Positions 54,169 to 62,719 of a stretch of DNA of 64,000 nt are shown here, one piece after another (positions within the stretch are counted from its first letter, which is position 1; every line of letters begins with the position of its first letter). Source of the stretch: a virus (lineage: Duplodnaviria > Caudoviricetes). The stretch spans positions 30,143-94,142 of the IMG/VR virus record IMGVR_UViG_2636415703_000001. One strand, given 5' to 3'. Under the pieces are notes generated by a model. It did not search any database, was not told where the DNA came from, and saw nothing but the letters and a program-made list of their open reading frames with translations. The position numbers were made by a program, and so were the translations under genes.

Positions 54169-54812
54169 TGACCGACCGCTTTTACATGATCTGCACCAGA
54201 GATACAGTAGGCAGTAATGCCTCTTTCTGGTGCCAGAATGGTTATGGCTACCACACAAATATTGATAAAGCGCACGTCTATACCCTGGCAGAAGCACAGA
54301 GCCGGTGGAATACAGGCCGGAGTATCGATCAACCCGTTTGCGCTGACAGCGTGGATGCGCTGGCCGTCGTTCACGTTGACCACCAGCATGTACCCGGTGA
54401 GACGATCATTACCCCTGGCTGCAACCGGTATGTTGCCTTTCAGAGAGCACGCTGGGACGGCAATGATCTTTACTGGCTGCGCAACGGTGGACTGCCGACG
54501 ACCGACTTTTCACAAGCGGCCACTTTTAATCAACCAGGCGACACAGCCGATCTGGTCTGGCTACCGTTCGCCACGGCTGACGCAGTAAAGCGCCGCACGT
54601 TCCCAATTGCCATGCTGGATCATCGCCGCATGGTGCAGGGCGCTGGTCTGCGAGTACCGGCGCACATCAGCCGCGCCCGCCGCCGCAAACCCGGTACTGG
54701 GAAAATTCGTTTCAACTGCCCTGGATGCGGCCGCATCCACTGGCAACTCAATCCGTATGATTTTGAAGGCTGCGCCGACTGGCAGTGTGAAGGGGCGCGA
54801 ACGCATGGATAA
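54168..54812 (+). CDS. Phage hypothetical protein with C-terminal Zn ribbon
   Basis: Two GN..W...G..T..A..F/Y repeats; CPGC...C...C. Confidence 0.75.
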   Translation: MTDRFYMICTRDTVGSNASFWCQNGYGYHTNIDKAHVYTLAEAQSRWNTGRSIDQPVCADSVDALAVVHVDHQHVPGETIITPGCNRYVAFQRARWDGNDLYWLRNGGLPTTDFSQAATFNQPGDTADLVWLPFATADAVKRRTFPIAMLDHRRMVQGAGLRVPAHISRARRRKPGTGKIRFNCPGCGRIHWQLNPYDFEGCADWQCEGARTHG

Positions 54813-55284
54813 GGCCGTTTTAGATATGTGCTGTGGTCCGCGCATGATGTGGTTCGATAAAGCCGACCTCCGCGTACTGTATTCCGATATCCGGGAAGAA
54901 ACCCACCAGCTGCCCGACCGGGAGCTGGTTATCAGCCCGGACGTGATTGCCGACTTCCGATCCTTACCGTTTCCGGATAACTCATTTTATGTGATTGCCT
55001 TTGACCCGCCGCACCTAGAGCGGGCAGGAGAAAAGGGCTGGCAGCGCCTCAAGTATGGAGTGCTCAATCGCGGAACCTGGCGCAATGATCTGCGCGCCGG
55101 TTTTGCTGAGGCCTTCCGCGTGCTCCGCCCGAATGGCCTGCTGATTTTTAAATGGAATGAAACGCAGATCCAGGCGCGGGACATTCTGGCACTGACTGAC
55201 CAGAAACCCCTGTTTGGCCACATCAGCGGGAAGCGTGGTTTAACACACTGGTTTACCTTCATCAAAGACGGAGAGCAGCAATGA
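54805..55284 (+). CDS. Small phage class I SAM-dependent (putative DNA amino) methyltransferase
   Basis: LDMCCG.RMMWFDK, FDPPH and FKWNE motifs. Confidence 0.85.
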   Translation: MDKAVLDMCCGPRMMWFDKADLRVLYSDIREETHQLPDRELVISPDVIADFRSLPFPDNSFYVIAFDPPHLERAGEKGWQRLKYGVLNRGTWRNDLRAGFAEAFRVLRPNGLLIFKWNETQIQARDILALTDQKPLFGHISGKRGLTHWFTFIKDGEQQ

Positions 55285-55634
55285 ACCTGCGCAAATTTTT
55301 CCGGCTCAAAGCGCCCTGCGCAAACTGCCCATTCCTGAAAACTGGTGGTATCGAGCTGAATCCCGGACGCCTTGACGGCATCAAAGCGCACCTGTTGCGA
55401 GATGACTTCTCATCGTTCTATTGCCACAAAACCACGCACCATACTGGGGAAGAAGAGGACGAAGAGGGAGAGGGCTACAGCCCGTCCGGCAAAGAGGCGC
55501 ACTGCGCCGGCGCCGTAGCGTTTTTGCTGTCCCGCGGCCGTCATAATATCGCTATGCGCCTGGCGTTCAGTGAGGGTCATACAACGCCTGCTGACTTTGA
55601 GACCGCAATAAACATGATTGCCACGGAAAGCTGA
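55281..55634 (+). CDS. Cys-rich phage hypothetical protein
   Basis: PCANCPF, FYCHKT and HCAGA motifs. Confidence 0.75.
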   Translation: MNLRKFFRLKAPCANCPFLKTGGIELNPGRLDGIKAHLLRDDFSSFYCHKTTHHTGEEEDEEGEGYSPSGKEAHCAGAVAFLLSRGRHNIAMRLAFSEGHTTPADFETAINMIATES

Positions 55635-55644
55635 GGGTGCCGCC

Positions 55645-55944
55645 ATGATTAGCGCCCGCCTGACTGATAAAGAGCTGGAAATGTTCGCCGCCGATCCACA
55701 GAACTACCTGGCATTTGCGCCCAACTACGCGCTAACGCAGATGATGGCCAGAGAGCTGCTGGCGCTACGCCGTTCCGGTTCGGAGCTGGTGGAAGTGGCA
55801 AAGGCAGGGCTGGAGTATATCGACGCGATACCGGCTGATATCGCTGGTGCATTTGACGCTATGCCGGGATTCGATCGTGACTGGGCCGAAGAGACAATAA
55901 GTGAAGTGAAACAGCTGGTGCTGACCCGTAAGCCACTAGAATGA
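55645..55944 (+). CDS. Phage hypothetical protein (Eaa-like N-terminus)
   Basis: LTDKEL..MARELLALR; GAGG SD. Confidence 0.7.
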   Translation: MISARLTDKELEMFAADPQNYLAFAPNYALTQMMARELLALRRSGSELVEVAKAGLEYIDAIPADIAGAFDAMPGFDRDWAEETISEVKQLVLTRKPLE

Positions 55945-56056
55945 TTAAAATTAATTTGCTTGTATTGACAAGCAAAATCACGATCTGTATATTTCACTTC
56001 ATGGCGCTGCTTTAGCGCCACCGCCCTGGCGGCTCCAGGCACTAAGGAACAATGTT

Positions 56057-56737
56057 ATGAATACCTCTTCAATGACAGCTACCGCTGCGCTTCAGCACAT
56101 GTCTTACACCCTGACCGGTGCAATCAAGCAGAGTCAGCAGCCTGGTTTTATCACGGCGGAAGCCTACGCAGATATCCAAACCAATTATGAGTTGGTGGCC
56201 GCCAGCTGCACAGACATGGCGACCGTTGTCTGGCTGCGTAATCACCTCTGCTTTGGCTACAGTAGCGATGAACACACTTTTGAAGAGATCAATCTGCGCT
56301 ACCGCGATCACATCGACTTCATCCTCAAGTCTGGCTGGCGTCCAGGTACTGCACCGGCGCACCGCATGGTGCTCAGTAACATGTTTGAGCTGGATTGGTG
56401 GGATCCGCAGCAGATCGTGGTGACTTCACACACTGAGGATACCGTTACCGGCACGGCCACCATGACAGACACGGAAGGCGAATATCAATTCGCGTTTGAG
56501 TGGACAATGGTTATGGGCGAAGAGGCCGAGCAACACGATCTGCCGTTCATGGTAAACATCACGGCAGCACGGTTTACCCTGCCGTATGAGTTCGCCCTGT
56601 TTGAATGTGATGGAAGCCCGCTTGATGCGCTGACGGCGCTACAGGAACTGGACTGCGGCTTGGGCTTTTGTATTGAGTATTTCCCTGATATTTACAAGCA
56701 ATATGCCCCGGCAGAAGGGGCAACTAACCGAGGCTAA
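56057..56737 (+). CDS. Hypothetical protein
   Basis: 226 aa, TAAGGA SD, TTGACA promoter upstream. Confidence 0.7.
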   Translation: MNTSSMTATAALQHMSYTLTGAIKQSQQPGFITAEAYADIQTNYELVAASCTDMATVVWLRNHLCFGYSSDEHTFEEINLRYRDHIDFILKSGWRPGTAPAHRMVLSNMFELDWWDPQQIVVTSHTEDTVTGTATMTDTEGEYQFAFEWTMVMGEEAEQHDLPFMVNITAARFTLPYEFALFECDGSPLDALTALQELDCGLGFCIEYFPDIYKQYAPAEGATNRG

Positions 56738-56739
56738 TC

Positions 56740-56964
56740 ATGACCGATAAAGCACGCGATTCACGGGCTTTAAATTCAGTTAAAGGAGCCGCCCCAGCGA
56801 CGGCTCAGATTCAGATGCGCGTCATTCCCGAAGTTAAAAACCGATACGTCGCGCAGGCGCAGCGGGAAGGGATGAAACTGTCAGAATGGATACAGCATCA
56901 CCTCGATGCGGTATGCCAGTCGGCGGACGACGCAAAGCAACAGGATACGGACACCAGTGATTAA
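56740..56964 (+). CDS. Ribbon-helix-helix DNA-binding protein
   Basis: IQMRV.PE.K..Y...AQREGMKLSEWI. Confidence 0.7.
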   Translation: MTDKARDSRALNSVKGAAPATAQIQMRVIPEVKNRYVAQAQREGMKLSEWIQHHLDAVCQSADDAKQQDTDTSD

Positions 56965-57265
56965 ACAGGAAATCAGGGCGCTGTTTGTGGCGCACGGCTT
57001 CAAAGTGGAGCAGCAGCCTGACGGCAGTACCGATTTAAATCCCGCCTGCTACAGCGTCGCTCAGGCGCTTGCAGAGCGGTTCAGCGATATTTACGGGCAA
57101 CCGGCAGGGAATGTTGAGATCGCTGCTGGTGGTGGCGCAGAGGCCCGCACGATGGCTCTGTTTCACGATAAAGCAGCCAGTATCGAGTTTCCGACGTTCA
57201 TTATGCGCAAGCCTTCGCAAAACCCCGCGCTGGCCACCAGCAAAAATCCTGCATCCGGGCGCTGA
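56957..57265 (+). CDS. Phage hypothetical protein
   Basis: GTG start; HGFK..QPDG..DLNP motif. Confidence 0.65.
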   Translation: MIKQEIRALFVAHGFKVEQQPDGSTDLNPACYSVAQALAERFSDIYGQPAGNVEIAAGGGAEARTMALFHDKAASIEFPTFIMRKPSQNPALATSKNPASGR

Positions 57266-57471
57266 TGGACGACCGGCTAAATAAGTTCGGCTGGCTCTCT
57301 TTTGAGAACTGGCCGGACAGTGAAGTACACGACTATCTGACTACCAAATGCGGCATCATCCACGCCCGCAAGTTGCCGGATGGCAGCTGGATTAATGTTC
57401 TACGGCTGATACGTACCTTTGCCATTCGCTCTCAATGGACGTCTTTCATATTATCCAGTATTTTTAACTGA
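57265..57471 (+). pseudogene. Phage hypothetical protein, possibly 3'-truncated
   Basis: Coupled ORF whose tail runs into the AT-rich leader of the next gene. Confidence 0.4.
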
Positions 57472-57499
57472 TTAGGATGAGTGCTTAGGAATATAAAAA

Positions 57500-58330
57500 G
57501 TGATCGATAATCCGTTACCAGCAAGCTGGCAAGACCTTCAGTTCGGTGTTCAACGTATTTTTCGAAACCTGGGTTTGAATGCAGAAGTAGAAGTTGATTT
57601 AGAAACCCCGCGAGGTTCGGTGAATGTGGATGTACTTGCGACAGATATTCGTAGCTTAGATAAAATTACATATATTGTGGAGTGCAAAAATTGGGGCAAT
57701 AACATTCCTCAATCGGTGGTTCATTCGTTTACTACAGTAATGCATGAAACCGGCGCTAATGTTGGGTTTATTATTTCAAAGCACGGCCTTCAGCAGGGAG
57801 CAAAGCGATACACCAAAAATACCAATATTATCGGGATGACCTATCTGGAGTTTCAGCAAAGATATTTTGAGGCTTGGTGGAGAAGGTACTTTTGCCCGCG
57901 TATTGGCGGTGCAGCGGATGAGCCTCTTCAATACGTAGAACCGATGAACGGTAAGCGGGACAAAGAATACGCCAAACTTAGCCCTCAAGCTCAAGAGGAA
58001 TTTATTCAACTAGAGCGAGAGCGAGGCATGCTAGTTATGGTCATGGCTATGATGGATGCTTCATCATATAGTCCGTCCATGAGGCATCTGGGAGATATTC
58101 CAAATAACTTTGAAGAGTTTAAAGAGAAAGTGCTCACGCAGATAGCGCCGGGCATTGATTACCGCTGTAACACCTACAGGGAGTTGCTGGAAATTATTTT
58201 GGAATATCTGGCGGATACTAAAGCCAGGTTTGATGCAATATTCGGAGGGGCAATATTTGAGCCGAGGGAGTCTAGAAATAAGATTACTGTGCTGGGGCCT
58301 CCGTTAATTGGTGATGTTTACCATTATTAA
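57500..58330 (+). CDS. Mrr-like restriction endonuclease domain protein
   Basis: VDV..IVECKNW..V..F..G.IIS..G.Q.GA N-terminal domain; lower GC. Confidence 0.8.
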   Translation: MIDNPLPASWQDLQFGVQRIFRNLGLNAEVEVDLETPRGSVNVDVLATDIRSLDKITYIVECKNWGNNIPQSVVHSFTTVMHETGANVGFIISKHGLQQGAKRYTKNTNIIGMTYLEFQQRYFEAWWRRYFCPRIGGAADEPLQYVEPMNGKRDKEYAKLSPQAQEEFIQLERERGMLVMVMAMMDASSYSPSMRHLGDIPNNFEEFKEKVLTQIAPGIDYRCNTYRELLEIILEYLADTKARFDAIFGGAIFEPRESRNKITVLGPPLIGDVYHY

Positions 58331-58382
58331 TTTATCCGGCTGGTGGCCGGTTATCACTTCAAGCAATTCAGAACGGCAGAAA

Positions 58383-58826
58383 ATGGAAATCAGGATTAAA
58401 TGCCCGCACTGCGGATCAGGAAGCGTCAAGAGCAGCAGGGCAGTCTATGAGCAGGGAACCTCCAACACGCGCAGCGTCAGCCACACAGGATGGATATCGA
58501 ATCGCGGATCAGGCGGTAGCAGGCGACAGGGTAAATCAACGCGCCAGTCGGTTGCTGCTTCGCGCAATGCGCCAGCTGGCGGAAGGCTGGAGGGACTTAC
58601 ATTTGTTGCCTCGTTCCTCCTGTCTGCCTGGCTGATACTCGATATACCGGCGACCACAGTACTGGGATCGGTAATTGCCGGAGCAGTGATCGCATTCCTG
58701 ATAACCGCGCTGGTGGCGCACCTCAACCGGCATAACCGGCGCAGGGCGCGTGAGAACTACAACAGGCAGTGGTATTGCAGTAAATGCGGCGACACGTTTT
58801 TACGCGATAACGGTGTAAGCGCATAA
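58383..58826 (+). CDS. Membrane protein with split Zn ribbon
   Basis: CPHCGS...two TM helices...WYCSKCG. Confidence 0.7.
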   Translation: MEIRIKCPHCGSGSVKSSRAVYEQGTSNTRSVSHTGWISNRGSGGSRRQGKSTRQSVAASRNAPAGGRLEGLTFVASFLLSAWLILDIPATTVLGSVIAGAVIAFLITALVAHLNRHNRRRARENYNRQWYCSKCGDTFLRDNGVSA

Positions 58827-59004
58827 TCTGACGCGGCTGGTGGATAAGCGGGCAGTTCCGTTCAGTACCGGGCCACCAGCCCGCAGGAATAAAAGATCCA
58901 CTTAAAGCAGGCGTTCCCCCGACTGCCTGGCGGTTGCCCTCAGCTGCCAGCATCCCTAGAATGCGCCCTTATTTACAATATTTTGACGATTTTCAAACGG
59001 ACTT

Positions 59005-60081
59005 ATGACGCAACAACTCAAATCTATTCAGGCGCTGCGCGGGCTTGCTTGCCTCGCCGTCGTTACCTTCCATTTCCGCTACCAGATACAAGAGCAGTAC
59101 CCGGCATTAACCAAACTGCTTTCAACCGGCGTTGTTGGTGTGGATCTGTTTTTCATCCTCAGTGGCTTTGTTATTACACTCTCTGTATCTCGCATGGGTA
59201 TCGGATTTGCTGCAGCGGGCGACTTCCTGAAGCGCCGTGCGCTGCGCCTGCTGCCCGCCTACTTCATTCTGCTGCTAATAAACTTTTTCTTAAGCGGAGG
59301 AATGGCGACGTTTCACTATGCTGATAAAACGCAGGCGGTGATTAGCGCGGCGACGCTATCTGTTTACCTGCCGCAGCACGCGCCGTTTTACGTGGACGAC
59401 AGCGGGTTTATGGGTGTGCGCTGGACGCTCAACTACGAGTTTCTGTTTTACCTGATGATGGCTGTATGCCTGCTGGTGCGCGCACGCTGGGTGGCGCTGG
59501 TCGCAATGCTGGGCGCGGTGCTGGTGGCAGTACCGATGGCAGCTGGCCACCAGCCGACGCTGCTGGTGCAAGGATATGACATGGGCCACGCCTACCTGAA
59601 TCTGATGACGAACCCGATTATCTGGCAGTTCGCTGCAGGTGTGCTGATTGGTCTGGTTTACCCGCACATGGCGCGCCTGCCGGTTGCCATGCGGGTGCCG
59701 TTCCTGCTGGCTGCGGTTGCCCTGTTTGTGCAGCACATTATCAGCTACCAGAATATAGGGCATGGCCTGATGGCGTCCGGCACCGTACTGGCACTGCTGC
59801 TGGCCGCTGTAGCGTTCAACGAAAGCTGGTTAGGGCGTATCACACCGCGCTGGCTGGTATTCCTAGGGGATATTTCTTTCTCTGTATATCTGATTCATAT
59901 CGTGACCAAAGCCCGGTTAGCAAAAGCATTCACGGATCAGGGTATGGTGTTCTTCGTGTGTAACGTCCTGCTGGCGCTGTTGCTGGGCTGGCTCAGCTAC
60001 CGCTATATTGAGCCAATCGGACAGAAGATCGTGCGCTGGCGCAGAGAGAAAGCGCTCCGTACCGCAAGCAACGACGCATAG
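59005..60081 (+). CDS. Acyltransferase 3 family (OafA/Oac-like) membrane O-acyltransferase
   Basis: LRGLA...H, GVDLFFILSGF, WTLNYE.LFY, LGDISFSVYLIH and YIE motifs. Confidence 0.9.
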   Translation: MTQQLKSIQALRGLACLAVVTFHFRYQIQEQYPALTKLLSTGVVGVDLFFILSGFVITLSVSRMGIGFAAAGDFLKRRALRLLPAYFILLLINFFLSGGMATFHYADKTQAVISAATLSVYLPQHAPFYVDDSGFMGVRWTLNYEFLFYLMMAVCLLVRARWVALVAMLGAVLVAVPMAAGHQPTLLVQGYDMGHAYLNLMTNPIIWQFAAGVLIGLVYPHMARLPVAMRVPFLLAAVALFVQHIISYQNIGHGLMASGTVLALLLAAVAFNESWLGRITPRWLVFLGDISFSVYLIHIVTKARLAKAFTDQGMVFFVCNVLLALLLGWLSYRYIEPIGQKIVRWRREKALRTASNDA

Positions 60082-60097
60082 CCCGCAACCATTAACA

Positions 60098-60119
60098 GCC
60101 CGCATCAAGCGGGCTTTTT
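60098..60119 (+). terminator. Terminator
   Basis: GCCCGC-ATCAA-GCGGGC-TTTTT. Confidence 0.75.
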
Positions 60120-60216
60120 ACTGCCTTACAGTTCCACCAGCGTAACCCGCTTCTTTGCTGCCCCTATATCACAAACCGCTTATCCTGGCCGTCATATCCA
60201 TTCAGAGGCCACCAGC

Positions 60217-60651
60217 ATGACTATTCCAACTGACTCAAACAGCACTGCCAACAATGCGGTCGCACTGCCCGAAACATTCAACGCCGGTGAATTAACCCTG
60301 AACGCCGGCGCAGCATTTTCTATACCGATCGCCCCGGCGCCGCTGGTGATTACTTTCTGCGGAACGGATGGTACGCGCGCGCAGCTTACAGTGAATCAGG
60401 GCAGGGTGACGTTTGAGGGCGATCCCGACGCTGCAGCAGAAATGTTTATCGAGGCAGTGACGCGAAAGCATGCGCAGCAGTGGGGCGCGCAGCAGGCGCA
60501 GCTGGAGGAAGCAGAAGCCCGCCTGGCGACGTACTCACACCATAACGGCCTGATGATGCTCTCACAGCGGCTGGTGGACGTAGAGAAGGATCGCAACGTA
60601 TTACGGAAAAAAGTTAATCAGTCGGCAACAGTCATGTCAGGTTTAGATTGA
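60217..60651 (+). CDS. Phage hypothetical protein
   Basis: 144 aa; VTFEGDPDAAAEMF motif; GAGG SD. Confidence 0.7.
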   Translation: MTIPTDSNSTANNAVALPETFNAGELTLNAGAAFSIPIAPAPLVITFCGTDGTRAQLTVNQGRVTFEGDPDAAAEMFIEAVTRKHAQQWGAQQAQLEEAEARLATYSHHNGLMMLSQRLVDVEKDRNVLRKKVNQSATVMSGLD

Positions 60652-60769
60652 ACGATATGCTGTCAGGTCTAAACGTTCACTGTAATCAGCGGTTAAAGAG
60701 TCATTTGCAGTCGCATTAAATGACCCAAAAACTCATTAAAAAAAAGGGGGGTAAAATTTGTAATAAATA

Positions 60770-60798
60770 TTGCACCCCATCCGGACTTTTGCTACCTT
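60770..60798 (+). promoter_or_regulatory. Promoter of the TA-like pair
   Basis: TTGCAC-17-TACCTT with extended TGn. Confidence 0.5.
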
Positions 60799-60901
60799 AT
60801 GCGCTGAGAGCTTGTGCAGCTGCCAAACTGGCTGGCTGACAACGTTAAGGAGATGGCAAACAGTCCGCTCTCACTGGGTTGCCAACACTGGAGTAAAAAA
60901 G

Positions 60902-61171
60902 ATGACGACGATTTCTCAGAAGTCGGCCCGCGAAATGCTCGGAACACCAGAGCAGTTTAGAGGCGGAGTCTTTGTGACAAAGAATGGTGCAGCTGAACTG
61001 TTTATCCAGACCGCCGAAGAACGTGAAGCGGAACTGGTAGAACGCCATCAGCAGCAACAGGTAAACGCGATGCTGAAACTGGTTAGCCTGTCTCAGCGTG
61101 ATTATGAACAAGGTCGCTTTAGCTCGGCCCGTGACCTACTGGCGCGGAGGCGTGCGGAGCAAATAAAATAG
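60902..61171 (+). CDS. Phd/YefM-like antitoxin
   Basis: 89 aa; VFVTKNG...L; C-terminal DYEQGR; GGAG SD. Confidence 0.6.
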   Translation: MTTISQKSAREMLGTPEQFRGGVFVTKNGAAELFIQTAEEREAELVERHQQQQVNAMLKLVSLSQRDYEQGRFSSARDLLARRRAEQIK

Positions 61172-61185
61172 AATAGGAGTAATAA

Positions 61186-61524
61186 ATGGCAAAAGCTTTA
61201 ACATCTGAAACAACTGATCTCACCCTTGATATTATCGGGGCTTATAAAGAAAAACGGATGACACAATCCGAGGCACGGGCTTTTGCCACCGACCTTCTTG
61301 CACAAGCTATCGACGCTATTGAAGCAAATCCTCTCCAGTACCGTGAAGATATTTACGCTTTAGAGCGCGGTGTGCGCTTGCGTCGCTGGTTAAATCCTAC
61401 CGGTGAATACATCTGTCTTTACCGCTACGATGAAGTCACTGATGAGGCAAAACTTGATATTTTTGCCAGCACACGTCAGGACTTGCAATCACTTCTCTAC
61501 CTCGTCCAGATTTCCCATCCATAG
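61186..61524 (+). CDS. RelE/ParE-like toxin
   Basis: 112 aa; I..NP..Y...YICLYRY....IFASTRQD pattern; AGGAG SD. Confidence 0.6.
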   Translation: MAKALTSETTDLTLDIIGAYKEKRMTQSEARAFATDLLAQAIDAIEANPLQYREDIYALERGVRLRRWLNPTGEYICLYRYDEVTDEAKLDIFASTRQDLQSLLYLVQISHP

Positions 61525-61638
61525 GATGTAAAACGCCTCCTGAAACCGGATGTTCGGTAGTAAGGGGGATATCGCTAAAAAGCGCATCTGCTGCCAGCCA
61601 AAGCCCCTGTAGTGGGCTTGGTAGCTGGCTGTTAAATG

Positions 61639-62670
61639 CTATTTGATGACCGGGATATCTCGCAGACGAGTTGTATAGCGCGGCGACAGCATATTACGCT
61701 TCATCTGCCACGCGCTGTCCTGCTCTCCCTGTCCCGCGAAAAATACCTTCCCCCTCCCGGAGCGATTGATAGCATCCAGCGCGGCCATCAGCGCATCTGC
61801 GTTTGCACGCGGCTGCTGCTCACTGAACATGTCGAACTGCGCCACGCCAGACTGATAAAAATCCCCCAGCATGACGCCAGCTTTTGAATACCGGTAGCCA
61901 TCGCGCCAGATGGTACTTAACCCGCGAAGCGCAGACTCTATAATATCCCGCGTGTCGCTGGTGGGGTAGTCGCAGACGCATGACGCCGAATTGGAATACT
62001 GCGGTTCGTTCGCGTGCCTGGCGGTAGCGATCGATACGCTGATATGTCGGCAACGCGAGTTCTGCTCTCTCAGCTTTTCTGCCGCACGGGTGGCATAGAG
62101 TGTGACGGCCTGCTTCATGCCCTCCAGTTCTGTGATCTTCTCGCCAAATGACCGTGAGTTCAGGATGTTCTGCTTCGGCGGCGGAGCGTCTTCCAGTGCA
62201 ATGCAGGACTCGCCATTGAGCTCGCGTGTTGTGCGCTCAACGATAACGTCAAAGTTTTTCCTGATCATGCTGATGTTACTGTCAGCCAGCTGCAGAGCCG
62301 TGGTAATTCCCAGCTGGTACATGCGCTTAGTAATGCGCGGGCCAATACCCCAGATATCGCCAACGTCGGTCAGGTGAAGCAGCTTTCGCTGCCTGATACG
62401 ACTGGAGAGGTCAACTACACCCTTAGTCTGCGTCCACTTTTTCGCAGCATGGTTAGCTAGCTTGGCCAGCGTCTTCGTTGGGCCGAACCCTACGCCGATG
62501 ATCAGGCCAGTTTCCTGCCGGATGCGCTCACGCATCTGGTGTCCGAACGTCTCAAGCGGGATCAAATTGGCAATGCCGGTGACATCCAGAAACGACTCAT
62601 CAATGGAGTAAACCTCCTGTCCCGCAGCCATCTCGCCCAGCAGGGCCATCATGCGTGCCGACATATCGCC
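61639..62670 (-). pseudogene. umuC: 5'-truncated umuC (starts at the GDMS motif)
   Basis: Lacks motif I (DxNxFY) and NNDGC; retains YSIDE through MKRNMLSP. Confidence 0.85.
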
Positions 62671-62719
62671 GTTTATGTGGAATACAAAAACAACGTCAAA
62701 GGCAGGTACATTTGCGTGA

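Larger units (their letters stand above)
357..61524. mobile_element. P1-like phage-plasmid (ends not visible)
   Basis: P1-syntenic virion genes plus an iteron plasmid replicon, repL, ref, dmt and the dar operon. Confidence 0.9.

Noticed and set aside
60635-60679. Short repeats TGTCAGGT(T/C)TA as a recombination site
   Set aside because: Only two short copies, no matching recombinase and no recognisable loxP, dif or res structure.
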